Positions 9,087-18,956 are shown, numbered from the stretch's first letter. The stretch is 64,000 bases of DNA from Nannocystis radixulma (GCF_028369095.1 NZ_JAQNDN010000024.1:693253-757252); one strand, 5' to 3'. The notes: generated by a model not told the origin, from the sequence alone. Numbers and translations: made by a program.

Positions 9087-10295
9087 TGATCCCACGATAA
9101 TTTTTTGCGAGTTGCGGCGAACGGGCCGCGATTTGCGTGCACACGACGACGCTTTCGAGGATGCGCCAATCTTGCGATCGCGTGAAACCCGGCCCGGCGT
9201 TCGACGGTGCCATTCATCAATGTTGCGCGCGCTCCCGGCATTGCGCGACGGCCGGCGCTCGCACGCGCACGCGCTGCGCGGCGAGCGACGCGAGCGGCAG
9301 TGACACGCCGACGGCATCGGCTCCGCGCAGGTGTGCAGAGCGATCACGTCCGGCCCGCCGGAGAATTCGCCGCGGCTGTCCGTCGGCGACGGCCGGGCCG
9401 GACGGCCACGCGAGGCTCGGGGGGGTCTCGGCGAGGACGCGGGGATGATCGCGTCACCGAGGAGCGCCGGGCTCCTGCGCGCCCGGGCGCGATCGACGAG
9501 CTCGGGGTCGGTGTCGAGGACGAGCCGCGAGGCCGGTGACACGTCGTCGCAGTCGCGCCAGCAATCACGGTCAAGCGCGCCCGAGCGCCCGCGGCTGACC
9601 CGAGAGACAGGGGGCCGGGCGCCGCGACGAGGCTCCCGCGCGACGGGGGTGTTCACGGGCGGCCGCGACCGCCTCGTCGTCCGCACGCTCCACGACACGA
9701 GGTCGTGGTCGACCGCCGAGCTGCACCGCGTGATCGTGCGCGGCGTCCGGCCACCGGCGAGCCGTCGATCGACCCGGCGCGCGCCCCATGAGCAGGTCTG
9801 GCGAGCGCACGCGCTGCGGCTGGTCGGTCGCGTCGCCGAGGCGCGCGGGCGGTGGGCCGCGCTGCTGGCCCCCTCGTTGCACAGCCGCCGCCTGCTTTCA
9901 CGTCCGAGCGGGCCGGGCCGGCAAGCGACGGTGACCCACATCTCGTCGACATGTTGCGAACCCACGGTTGTTCACGCATCCAATCACGGTCGTTGCCAAC
10001 GTCGAGGCCGACTGCATCGGCGGGCGGCGGGCTCTCGCTCGCCACCGCGAGCTCGAACTCTCCGCGAGCTGACGGACGCGAGGAGGACTTTCTGGCAGAA
10101 GAGAACCGTGGTGAACATGGTGCTCTCGATCCTGTGCATGGCGCGCGGGTCCTCGCGGGCGCGGTTGGAGCCGACCCACCGGGCGACGCAGGCGGTCCTC
10201 CGGTCGATCCGGTGGCGAACGACGGGCAGCCGCTCGGAACCGGAACAGAATCAGGAGACGAGAGATCGACGTAACCCAGGCACAAGGAGACAGCC

Positions 10296-10988
10296 ATGAA
10301 GATCCTGATGGTCCTCACTTCCCACGACAAACTCGGAAACACTGGCCGCAAGACCGGCTTCTGGCTGGAGGAACTGGCCGCGCCTTACTACGTGTTCAAG
10401 GACGCTGGCGCCGAGATCGTCTTGGCTTCGCCGAAGGGTGGCCAGCCGCCGCTCGATCCGAAGAGCAACGAGCCGAACTTCCAGACCGATCTCACTCGTC
10501 GGTTCGAAGCCGATGAGGCCGCCAAGGCCCAACTCGCAAGGACGGCCCGCCTCGACAGCGTCAGGCAGGAAGGCTTCGACACCGTGTTCTACCCTGGCGG
10601 CCACGGCCCGATGTGGGACCTCGCCGAAGATCGGAACTCGATCGAGCTGATCGAAGCGTTCCTCGCAGCCGGCAAGCCGATCGCGCTCGTCTGCCACGCG
10701 CCGGGTGCCCTGCGCAATGTCAAGACCCCGGACGGCAAGCCGCTTGTCGAGGGTAAGAACGTCACCGGCTTCACCAATGGTGAGGAGGAGGACGTCGGCC
10801 TGACGAAGGTGGTGCCCTTCCTCGTCGAGGATGAGCTGATGAGGCTCGGGGCGATCTTCTCCAAGGTCAAGAACTGGGGCGTTCATACGGTCAGCGACGG
10901 CCAGTTGATCACCGGCCAGAACCCGGCCTCCTCGGAGGCGGCCGCGAAGATCCTCATCGATCGCCTCGCCAAGGGCGGCAAGGCATGA
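10296..10988 (+). CDS. DJ-1/PfpI (type-1 glutamine amidotransferase-like, Hsp31/ThiJ class) protein
   Basis: AAGGAGA RBS lies 7 nt upstream of the ATG. The nucleophile elbow is LVCHAPGAL (Cys-His). Size is 230 aa and the layout is the typical DJ-1 alpha/beta fold. Confidence 0.85.
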   Translation: MKILMVLTSHDKLGNTGRKTGFWLEELAAPYYVFKDAGAEIVLASPKGGQPPLDPKSNEPNFQTDLTRRFEADEAAKAQLARTARLDSVRQEGFDTVFYPGGHGPMWDLAEDRNSIELIEAFLAAGKPIALVCHAPGALRNVKTPDGKPLVEGKNVTGFTNGEEEDVGLTKVVPFLVEDELMRLGAIFSKVKNWGVHTVSDGQLITGQNPASSEAAAKILIDRLAKGGKA

Positions 10989-11160
10989 CGGCGAGCGTCG
11001 GGTGACGTGGCTGCTGCTCGACGCGATGCAGCCGATGCTGGCATTCGCCGGCTGGTCGCTCGACGTTGGTGACACCCAGCAGTGGTTCACCTTCAGGCGG
11101 TCCCCGCGTTGACAGCGTGCTCGCCACGAGAGTAAGGTCTCAGGCGGAGAAACCACGCCA

Positions 11161-11490
11161 ATGACTACAGTGAGATTCTTGCCGAAATGGCAGCACGAAC
11201 AGGATGGCGTCCTGCGTCCCGGCGGGACGCTGCGCATCGAGTACGACGTCGATAGGCTCACTTGCTGCCGGTCCGAGCGGTATGGACAAGCTGCGTGGAG
11301 CATCGCTGCGTACGTCCGCTTTCACCCTGATGAACAGGTCCAGTCCGCTGCCGTCTCAACGGGGCCTGCGGAGTTCACGATCCCGGCGAATACCAACAGG
11401 GTCGAGATGTGGTTCCGCAACACCGACCAAACCGGCTGCTCGGCGTGGGACAGCCGCTACGGGCTGAACTACTCGTTCGATGTCGCCTGA
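11161..11490 (+). CDS. Hypothetical protein (109 aa)
   Basis: GGAGAAA RBS is present, with a clean ORF and high GC3. There is no recognisable motif beyond two Cys pairs. Confidence 0.45.
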   Translation: MTTVRFLPKWQHEQDGVLRPGGTLRIEYDVDRLTCCRSERYGQAAWSIAAYVRFHPDEQVQSAAVSTGPAEFTIPANTNRVEMWFRNTDQTGCSAWDSRYGLNYSFDVA

Positions 11491-11825
11491 CTGACCTGAG
11501 GGCCGGGGCAGGACAGCGAGACCTCGACAGGCTCAGGTCGCGCGGCGAGGGCAACGCGCCCAGGACGTCCGCCAGGTGCTCGTCGAGCAGCGGAGCGCGC
11601 CCTCGAGCCCCGTCGTCGGCCTCGCTCCGATTGACGGGGCCTGCGAGCCGACGTGTAGCGCCGACCAGAACACCCCGAAGAGCAGGCTAGCCGGCAGCCG
11701 AGCCGCCTCGGCGGCGAACCGCTCCGGCCACGTCGGACCCTCGCTGCGTCGCGGCGCATGATGCGACGTCACAAAACGCCTGTCGAGAGGAATGGGCCGG
11801 GGCGCGGTCGGGTTCACGCGCCTCG

Positions 11826-12569
11826 ATGCGACGAACCGAGAACAGAGCACAGAATAGAAAATGTCGACCGCAGGGCGTGGGGGCCGGATACCTCGTGTGG
11901 GCGGCCATCGTGGCCGGCGCCTGCGGCGATGAAGGTACCGGCTCGAGTGGCGGCACCGAGGGCACCTCCGGCGTCACCACGAGCACCACGGAACCCGGGA
12001 GTACGAGTTTGGAGAGCACCAACGACGCTGTCGAGCCCACGACCGAGATGGGAGCCAGCTCCGGCGATACCGGCGACGAGGATGCCTGCGCGGCCTTCTG
12101 CGCCGCGGTCGTGGCGTGCGATCCCACTGTCATGGTCGCGGAATGCATCGCGGCGTTCTGCGGTAACGAGGGCGAGACGCCGGCGTGTGTGGCGGCCACC
12201 GATGCCAGCTACATGTGCTTCGCCAGCATGAACTGCGACGACATCCTCGCCGTTCTCAACGAGGAAGATCCGGGGCCGTGCTCCGAAGCCCTGGCGCAGG
12301 AAGTCGAGATCTGCACTGGCCAGAACGCCTGCGACTACGAAGGGAATGGGGCAGTGGACGGCAGCGCCTGCCGGGTCGATTTCGAGTGCATCGGCGAGCC
12401 ACCGCAGGCGATCGTGTGCGACACGGAGACCTGTACTTGCATCGAGGACGGCAGCACGACCGGGGCGTGCGCATCCGAAGGGATCTGCGCGAAATGGACG
12501 GATCTCGACAGCTTCCAGGTGCTGGTGGAACTGGCCGCGACCTGCTGCAGCTTCGGGCCCGCCGCATGA
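11826..12569 (+). CDS. Cys-rich secreted lipoprotein (myxobacterial-type Cys-repeat protein)
   Basis: A signal peptide and lipobox (LVWAAIVAGAC) are present. A Ser/Thr/Gly linker is followed by a domain with ~20 Cys in CxxxC, CTC and CAxxGxC spacing. The start codon is uncertain. Confidence 0.5.
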   Translation: MRRTENRAQNRKCRPQGVGAGYLVWAAIVAGACGDEGTGSSGGTEGTSGVTTSTTEPGSTSLESTNDAVEPTTEMGASSGDTGDEDACAAFCAAVVACDPTVMVAECIAAFCGNEGETPACVAATDASYMCFASMNCDDILAVLNEEDPGPCSEALAQEVEICTGQNACDYEGNGAVDGSACRVDFECIGEPPQAIVCDTETCTCIEDGSTTGACASEGICAKWTDLDSFQVLVELAATCCSFGPAA

Positions 12570-13055
12570 CTCGGCCAGGGCGACGGTACGAACGCGTGGA
12601 ATAACGCGTCCACCGCCATGGTTGATGGCCGCCTGGCCGTCGTGCCAGCGCCCGACCATCGGGCTGTCAGCAGCGGCTCGCTCGCCCGGCCCGCGCGTCG
12701 CGCCCGTCGCCTCGGGCGGGGGCAGGGCATGCCTCTCAAAACATGTCTTTAAGCACATGTTCGAAAGGCCCACTCAACGAGCCCGAGCACGAAACCGAGA
12801 CCCGCCGTAGTGATGCGAGGTCAGTGCAAGCGAGTCTTCCGTCTTGGTGGCCCACGCTTGTCGGCGATCGCGTCGGTGAGCGCAGGCTTGATCGCCTCGC
12901 TCGGCTGCACGACGGAGGTGACGAGCGGGTCGGCGACGGGGAGGGCTGCGTCGCCGAGGAGCTCGACGGTGGTGGCCTGGCCGTCGGCGTATCGGCTCGG
13001 CGTGAATGCGCCCCGAGGGGGTGGTCTACACCACGTTTGACGCCCTGAAGCCCGT

Positions 13056-14663
13056 GTGCCAGGATGCTCTCGCAATGCCCACGGATGCCCAAGCGCGCGC
13101 AGGTCGCCCTGTTCCGAGATGTGCGTGATGGAAGTAGTGATTCGCATCGTCCTCGCCCTCGCGCTCTCCATCCTCGTGATCGCGCTGTTCAGGCTCGGCC
13201 GCCGCATCCCGGCCCCGCGGGAGGATGAGGTGCGTCCCCGGGGATGGGGCTCCATCCTCGGCAATGCGCTGTTTCTCGGCGCCTTGTGGGCCCTGGTCGG
13301 CGTCATCGCGGCGTTCATGGCTGTCGGCGGTAACGTGGTCGACGTCGTCCCACCGGCCGCCGAATTCGTCGAGATACGGGGCGAGCGCGACGACGCAGCA
13401 CCCGAGTGCGGCCCCCCTGGCCCACGCGGGCAGCCATACCTCGTCGAGGTCGTCCACAGCATCGACCAGGGGCCCTGGCTCACGCAGGCCGCCAGCGCCT
13501 TCATGGAGCAGTGCCCGAACGTCCAGCTCCGGCTGACCGCGCGCGACGATTACGACGCTGGCAGCGCCATCCTCCGCGGTGAACTGCGGCCGACGCTGTG
13601 GGCGCCGTCCGAGGAGCTCTCTCTGCGCTACATGGAAATCCGCTGGCGCGAGCAGTCGGACGAATTGCTGTTCCGGATCGACGAGCGGCGCCCCCTCGTC
13701 CGCTCGCCGCTGGTCGTCCTGCTCCACGAGGAGCAGTTCCGAGCGCTGCGGGCGATCCGCGAGGCCGACCGCGAAGGGCTGGGGTTCTGGGTCGACGCGC
13801 TCTGTCCCATGATTCCTCGCGCACCCGAGCTCGACGGTGTGCTGCAGGAGGACATGCTCCCGGGTGACTGGATCGACTGGTACCAGCAGCGGAACCCGCC
13901 GCCGCCGCCGCCGCCCGCCCCGCCGCGCGTGACGAAAAAAGGGAAATCCGCCCCTGTGGTCCTGCCGACGCCCGCCGCTCCGCTGATTCCGACGCCCGAA
14001 GAGCTGCGCTCCTGGGGCCGCGTCAAGCTGGGGTTCCCCGCGCCGAACTCCGCCGGCGGTACTTCGACGCTCGTGCTGATGGCCCGTCAGTACCTCCTCG
14101 CCGACACCGCCGGCGACGTCGCGCTTGCACTCGAGCGCGAGGGCGAGGTCTTGCAGCGGTGGCTGCGGCGCTGCAACGCGGGGCGTGACGACTGGTTCGC
14201 CTCCGCGGTCCTGCTGACCGACCATTTCTTCGACCTCGGCACGACGACCTATGACGGCGTCGTCACCTACGAGAGCGTCGTCTTCGCGATCCTCGCGCGA
14301 CTCAGCGCCGACGAGCTCGGAGAAGTCCGGGTGTACTACCCGTCGCCGACCTTCGTCGCCGAGCACCCCGCGGTGCTGATGTGGCCCGACGACGAGACGC
14401 GCGCCCGTGAACTCGACGCCGCGCGGTACTGGCTGCAATACCTCGAGAGCGAAGCGGTCCAGCAGAGCGCGATCAGGCATGGCCTGCGCCCGGGGCGACT
14501 CGAACGCCCGCTCAGCGCTTTCGACCTCGAGAAGAACCCCTTCCTCGAACAGCGTCGCTTTGGCATCGAGCTCGAGCCGACCCTCGCGGAGCCGCCGCGG
14601 CCAGACGGGCCGGTGCTGCGCAAGCTCCTCGAGCTGTGGCGAGACGCGACCGGCCGGACTTGA
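13056..14663 (+). CDS. Hypothetical membrane-anchored protein with a large extracytoplasmic domain
   Basis: An N-terminal TM helix is present (VVIRIVLALALSILVIALF). An alternative start is the ATG at 13119. The PPPPPPPAPP linker suggests a two-lobed solute-binding-protein-like architecture, but no family can be assigned. Confidence 0.45.
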   Translation: MPGCSRNAHGCPSARRSPCSEMCVMEVVIRIVLALALSILVIALFRLGRRIPAPREDEVRPRGWGSILGNALFLGALWALVGVIAAFMAVGGNVVDVVPPAAEFVEIRGERDDAAPECGPPGPRGQPYLVEVVHSIDQGPWLTQAASAFMEQCPNVQLRLTARDDYDAGSAILRGELRPTLWAPSEELSLRYMEIRWREQSDELLFRIDERRPLVRSPLVVLLHEEQFRALRAIREADREGLGFWVDALCPMIPRAPELDGVLQEDMLPGDWIDWYQQRNPPPPPPPAPPRVTKKGKSAPVVLPTPAAPLIPTPEELRSWGRVKLGFPAPNSAGGTSTLVLMARQYLLADTAGDVALALEREGEVLQRWLRRCNAGRDDWFASAVLLTDHFFDLGTTTYDGVVTYESVVFAILARLSADELGEVRVYYPSPTFVAEHPAVLMWPDDETRARELDAARYWLQYLESEAVQQSAIRHGLRPGRLERPLSAFDLEKNPFLEQRRFGIELEPTLAEPPRPDGPVLRKLLELWRDATGRT

Positions 14664-14670
14664 GCCGAGC

Positions 14671-15684
14671 TCAAGGGGCGGCGGGCGACGCGGAGGCCGG
14701 CGCCGCGGAGGCCGGCGCCGCGGGGGCCGGCGCCGCGGAGGCCGGCGATGCAGGGGCCGTCGTCGAGTCCGTCGCCGAGTCACCACCGACGTTGAACAGC
14801 AGCGAGGAGTTCGAGCCGCCCTTGCCGAGGACCAGCACCTTGGAGTTGGTCGACTTGGCGAGCTCCGACGTCACTTCGAGGTCGCGCCAGCGCAGCACGT
14901 CGGGGGAGAGCTCGCCGATGATCGTGTTGTAGTCGCGGATGCCGCTCGCCTCGGTCCGCTTGCGCTGGGCCTCCGCCTCCTCGCGCTCGAGTTTGTGGCG
15001 ATACTCGAGCATGAGCTGTGCCTGGCGGTACGTCTCGGCGATCGCGGTGAGGACGACCTCCGGCAGCTCGAGGTCGACCAGCTCGACCTCCTGGATCTGC
15101 ACGTACGGCTTCTCGCCCTTGCCGTCGCCGAGTTCGTCGCGGCCGAGCGTGGAGATCCGGCGCAATTCGAGCAGCAGGTCGTTGGCGCTCGAGTAGATTT
15201 CGTACGCCGTCCGATCCCCGAAGGCCCGCCGGACGTGGGCCTGGATGTCCGGCTCGATCGTCCGCGCGAAGTAATCGGGGCCGATGTCGCGGTGGAGATG
15301 CCCGAGCATGTCGCTGTACGGCCGGAACTTCACCGAGACGGCGACCTGCAGGTTGAGCCCCTCGTCGCTGAGGACGTCGAAATTCAACGTCTTCTGCTGC
15401 AGGCGCACCTCGTACAGCGTCAGGTGGTCCCACGGCGGGATGATGTGCAGCCCTTCGCCCCACACCCTGTCCGTCACGGTGCCTCCGGCGAAATAGCGGT
15501 ACATCACGCCCTCGCTTCCCGTCGGGATGGTGATGAACATCCGCGGCCACAGGAAGCCGAGCAACATCAACACCACGACCAGCGCGGTGTAGGTGAGGTA
15601 TTCGACCCGGCCGAGCGTCCTCTCGCTCCACTCGCGGAAGGGCGACCGGTCGTCGGCCTCCGTCGTCTCCCTGGTGTTCGCCAT
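14671..15684 (-). CDS. SPFH / band-7 (HflK/C-prohibitin-like) domain protein
   Basis: An N-terminal TM helix is followed by an SPFH core (GEGLHIIPPWDHLTLYEVRLQQKTLNF...) and a coiled-coil EREEAEAQRKR. The tail is Ala/Pro/Ser-rich. Confidence 0.8.
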   Translation of the reverse strand: MANTRETTEADDRSPFREWSERTLGRVEYLTYTALVVVLMLLGFLWPRMFITIPTGSEGVMYRYFAGGTVTDRVWGEGLHIIPPWDHLTLYEVRLQQKTLNFDVLSDEGLNLQVAVSVKFRPYSDMLGHLHRDIGPDYFARTIEPDIQAHVRRAFGDRTAYEIYSSANDLLLELRRISTLGRDELGDGKGEKPYVQIQEVELVDLELPEVVLTAIAETYRQAQLMLEYRHKLEREEAEAQRKRTEASGIRDYNTIIGELSPDVLRWRDLEVTSELAKSTNSKVLVLGKGGSNSSLLFNVGGDSATDSTTAPASPASAAPAPAAPASAAPASASPAAP

Positions 15685-15690
15685 GAGACG

Positions 15691-15879
15691 TCAGCCTGCT
15701 CGTCGTTTGGCCTGGCGTGGACCCGAGAACTGGGTGGCGATGAATCCGCCGATCGGCGTCAGCACGATCGACAGCAGCACCGTCCACCAGAAGCCGAGGC
15801 GCCGGGTCGTGCCGAGCAACCCGAGCGCCAGCAGGGTCACGACCGGCAGTGCATAGACGAAGAGCAGGGTCAATTCCAT
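15691..15879 (-). CDS. Small two-TM membrane protein (62 aa)
   Basis: MELTLLFVYALPVVTLLALGLLG...WWTVLLSIVLTPIGGFIATQF. It lies immediately upstream of the SPFH gene on the same strand. The upstream part of the listed 124-aa ORF looks like an artefact. Confidence 0.4.
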   Translation of the reverse strand: MELTLLFVYALPVVTLLALGLLGTTRRLGFWWTVLLSIVLTPIGGFIATQFSGPRQAKRRAG

Positions 15880-15895
15880 CGACCGCTCCTTCGGA

Positions 15896-16435
15896 TTACG
15901 CCGGCCCCTGGGGCGACACGTTCGGCGCGCCGGGTCGATTCCGCAGCTCGGCGACCTTCTCTTTCGCGCCCTCGAATTCGCGCCGGAAGTGCTCGCGCAT
16001 CCGGTGCGGATCGAAATCGAGGAAGGTGCCGCCGGATTCGAAGTGCATGACGAAGACGCGGCCAATGGCGTGAGTGAAGGCGCCGGACGCGACCGGCACG
16101 CTGATGATCCCCAGCGCCTGGCCGACCACCGGAATCAGCTTGGCGAGGCTCATCCCGAGCGCCGCGCCGACACCGACGCCGCCGATCCCGACGAGCAGCG
16201 AACCGACGAGCTTCTTGACGAGCTCCTCGCGGAACGCGATGCCGTAGAGCGCGGACAGCTCCTTGAGCAGCTTGACCTGCACCGCGCTGACGGCGAGCAC
16301 ATCGGCGATCGGGATCGGTACCGCCCCCGCGCCGAGCGCCCACAGCACGTTACGATGAATGATCGCGTCGGCCTGCAGCAGCCGCGTCTCCGGATCAGTG
16401 ACCAATTCTTTTGCTTGCGTCGTCTCGCTCGCCAT
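15896..16435 (-). CDS. DUF697-like (YcjF-type) membrane protein
   Basis: Start MASETTQ at 16435 has a GAGG RBS. The motif LWALGAGAVPIPIADVLAVSAVQVKLLKELSALYG plus Gly-rich TM segments matches my recollection of DUF697. The N-terminal 55 aa of the listed ORF are probably not translated. Confidence 0.45.
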   Translation of the reverse strand: MASETTQAKELVTDPETRLLQADAIIHRNVLWALGAGAVPIPIADVLAVSAVQVKLLKELSALYGIAFREELVKKLVGSLLVGIGGVGVGAALGMSLAKLIPVVGQALGIISVPVASGAFTHAIGRVFVMHFESGGTFLDFDPHRMREHFRREFEGAKEKVAELRNRPGAPNVSPQGPA

Positions 16436-17054
16436 GGACAGTACCTCACTGTGTTTGAGTCCCAATGTCAAGGTCATTGCATCGTTTTCCGTGCTGCGCA
16501 CGGTGCGCGATTCGGGCCCAGGAGCCCGCTCCGGCCCCGTCTGGCACGCATGAACGCTCACGCCCAGCGCGGTCGCCCGGCGTGACGATTCGTCGATCAT
16601 TGCACTGCGAGGCCTCCCGGGCCCACCCGAGGGGAGCGCCTTCCCAGAGCACCTGATGGGGCGCTCGTATGGTTCGGCGGCGCCCGTGTGACACGAGTCT
16701 GATCGTCGCCGGCGGGCCCCTCGATCTGCTCACGTTGGTGTGCGGGATCGAGGCCATGCGCGGCTCCCAGCACGGGTCGCGCAGATCCGCGCGGTTCGTC
16801 GCCAATGCCTGGAGATGTGCGCTCGAGACCTCGGCCATCGACGGTGAGTCGATACACGTGAAACGTCTTGTTCGCCGAAGGTCGGCGCTGCGACGACTCC
16901 GCGTCTGCCGGTTGGGGACACCGCACGTTTCAACGACCCTGATCACCGTCGTCGTTCGCCAGACGTCGCGCACCGGGTGTTGACGGCGACCGGCCGACGT
17001 GCGAGCGTCCTGCCGCTCTCCACATCTGGATTCCGACCGATCAGGAACACTTCC

Positions 17055-17285
17055 ATGCGCGACGACGAGACGGATGACACCCGGCGTTACGAGGTGGTTT
17101 TCAACCACGAGGAGCAGTACTCGATTTGGCCCGCCGACCGCGAAGTGCCGGTCGGATGGCGCAAGGCGGGCAAGAATGGCACCAAGCAAGAGTGCCTCGC
17201 CTACATCGATCAAGTGTGGACCGACATGCGGCCGCTGTCCTTGCGGCTCGCCATGGCAAAGGCCGCGGAAGACCAGAACGGCTGA
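17055..17285 (+). CDS. MbtH-like protein (NRPS A-domain chaperone)
   Basis: [39 protein letters not shown]...[18 protein letters not shown] shows the invariant MbtH signature NxExQYSxWP...GW...CL.YI...WTDxRP. The start is the internal ATG at 17055, preceded by an AGGAAC RBS. Confidence 0.85.
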   Translation: MRDDETDDTRRYEVVFNHEEQYSIWPADREVPVGWRKAGKNGTKQECLAYIDQVWTDMRPLSLRLAMAKAAEDQNG

Positions 17286-17321
17286 GCCCGCTCGGCCAGC
17301 GGCGTACGACGGCATCGATTC

Positions 17322-18956
17322 ATGACTATCGTCGAACTGTTCCTCGACGAGGCAGGGAGGGAGCGACGCGCGGTGCTGACCGCGGCCAGCCTCGCCGGCG
17401 TCGCCAACGTGTTGGTGCTCGCGTTGATCAATACAGCGAGCGCTTCGTCCGACCCGACCGAATTTCGCATCTTTGCGATGTACGCGCTGGGCGTCATCCT
17501 TTACGCCATCACGGGGCGCGCCACGTACCACCGCTGTGTGGCCATCGTCGAGTCGGCGCTGCACCGCATGAAGACCCGGATCGTCGACAAGGTCGAGCGC
17601 GCCGATCTCGCCAGCATCGAACGCATCGGCTCCGCCGAGATCTTCGACCGCCTCACCGAGAACGCGGCCGTGATCTCCGGATGGGCAGGGAACATGGCCC
17701 ACGTGCTGCAGTCGGCCAGCATCTCCGTGTTCGCCTGCTTCTACCTCGCGTACATATCGCCGACCGCGTTCATCTTGCTCGCGCTGCTGACCGCGATCAG
17801 CGTGAGCATCTACCGCGTCAGGGTCCGCGAGCTCGACGGCTACTTCCAGGAGAAAGCGCAGACACGCCTGCGCTTCTTCGACTCTCTGACGGATCTGCTG
17901 CGCGGCTTCAAGGAGGTCAAGTACAGCCGTCGCCGCGGCAGCGAGCTGCGCGCCGGCATCGTCGCCCACTCCGAGCGGCTGCGGCGCGCGACGGTCCAGT
18001 CCGGCCGGATCTTCGACGACAACTGGATCTTCGCCAACTGCAGCCTGTTCGCGCTGCTCGGCGCCGTCGTGTTCGTGCTCCCCCAGTACGTCCCTACCGA
18101 CACGGCGATGACCGGCACCCTCGTCGCCGGCACGATGTTCATCTGGGGTCCGCTCAGCGGCATCATCAACGGCGTGGCCGCGTTCACTCGCTCCAATCAG
18201 GCGCTGGCCGAGATCGCGGCGCTCGAGGCCAAGCTCGACGCGGCGGGCCTCGAGAGCTCCGAACCCGGCGAGGACCCCTGGGGCGGGCGCTTTTCGTCGA
18301 TCGAGCTGCGCGGCCTTCAATACGGCCATGCCGGGGGCACCGAGCAAGGCTTCCACATCGGCCCGATCGACCTCACCGTGACTGCCGGCGAGGTGCTGTT
18401 CATCGTCGGCGGCAACGGCAGCGGCAAGACGACCCTGGTCAAGACGCTCACTGGTCTGTATGCGCCGAGCGGCGGGCGACTGCTGGTCGACGGCATCTCC
18501 GTCGAGCAGCACAACGCCGCCGCCTACCGCGAGCTGTTCACGACGATCTACTCCGACTTCCACCTGTTCTCGCGCCTCTACGGCCTCGCCGACGTCGACG
18601 CCAGCGAGGTCCACCGGCTGCTCGAGCAGATGCACCTTCGCAGCCAGACGTCCTTTGCCGAGGGCGGCTTCACCAGGCGCGAGCTGTCGACCGGCCAGCG
18701 CAAGCGCCTGGCGATGATCGTCGCGCTGCTCGAGGACCGCCCGATCTACGTGTTCGACGAGTGGGCCGCCGACCAGGATCCCGAGTTCCGCAAGTACTTC
18801 TACACCGAGCTGCTCCCCACGCTCCGGGCCCGCGGAAAGACCGTCCTCGCCGTCAGCCACGACGACCGCTATTTCTCCTGCGCAGATCGTGTCATCACGA
18901 TGGAGCAGGGACAGATCCGCGCCGTCCAGCACTCCGCGCAAAGCGCCGGTCATTGA
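17322..18956 (+). CDS. Cyclic-peptide/siderophore-type ABC exporter (SyrD/PvdE-like), fused TMD and NBD
   Basis: It has six TM helices. The NBD has Walker A GGNGSGKTTL and LSTGQRKRLAMIVALL...IYVFDEWAADQD (ABC signature and Walker B). A C-terminal H-loop SHDD is present. It lies beside mbtH, convergent with the NRPS operon. Confidence 0.8.
   Translation: MTIVELFLDEAGRERRAVLTAASLAGVANVLVLALINTASASSDPTEFRIFAMYALGVILYAITGRATYHRCVAIVESALHRMKTRIVDKVERADLASIERIGSAEIFDRLTENAAVISGWAGNMAHVLQSASISVFACFYLAYISPTAFILLALLTAISVSIYRVRVRELDGYFQEKAQTRLRFFDSLTDLLRGFKEVKYSRRRGSELRAGIVAHSERLRRATVQSGRIFDDNWIFANCSLFALLGAVVFVLPQYVPTDTAMTGTLVAGTMFIWGPLSGIINGVAAFTRSNQALAEIAALEAKLDAAGLESSEPGEDPWGGRFSSIELRGLQYGHAGGTEQGFHIGPIDLTVTAGEVLFIVGGNGSGKTTLVKTLTGLYAPSGGRLLVDGISVEQHNAAAYRELFTTIYSDFHLFSRLYGLADVDASEVHRLLEQMHLRSQTSFAEGGFTRRELSTGQRKRLAMIVALLEDRPIYVFDEWAADQDPEFRKYFYTELLPTLRARGKTVLAVSHDDRYFSCADRVITMEQGQIRAVQHSAQSAGH

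Noticed and set aside
9013-9241. 60-66-aa minus-strand ORFs (9013..9213, 9059..9241) just upstream of the peptide gene
   Set aside because: They lie across the predicted promoter in an AT-richer region, have no RBS and have poor codon bias.
12810-13040. 76-aa plus-strand ORF with a lipobox-like LIASLGC
   Set aside because: GC3 is ~79%, which is intermediate. There is no RBS and it overlaps other weak ORFs. It might be a small secreted peptide, but support is insufficient.
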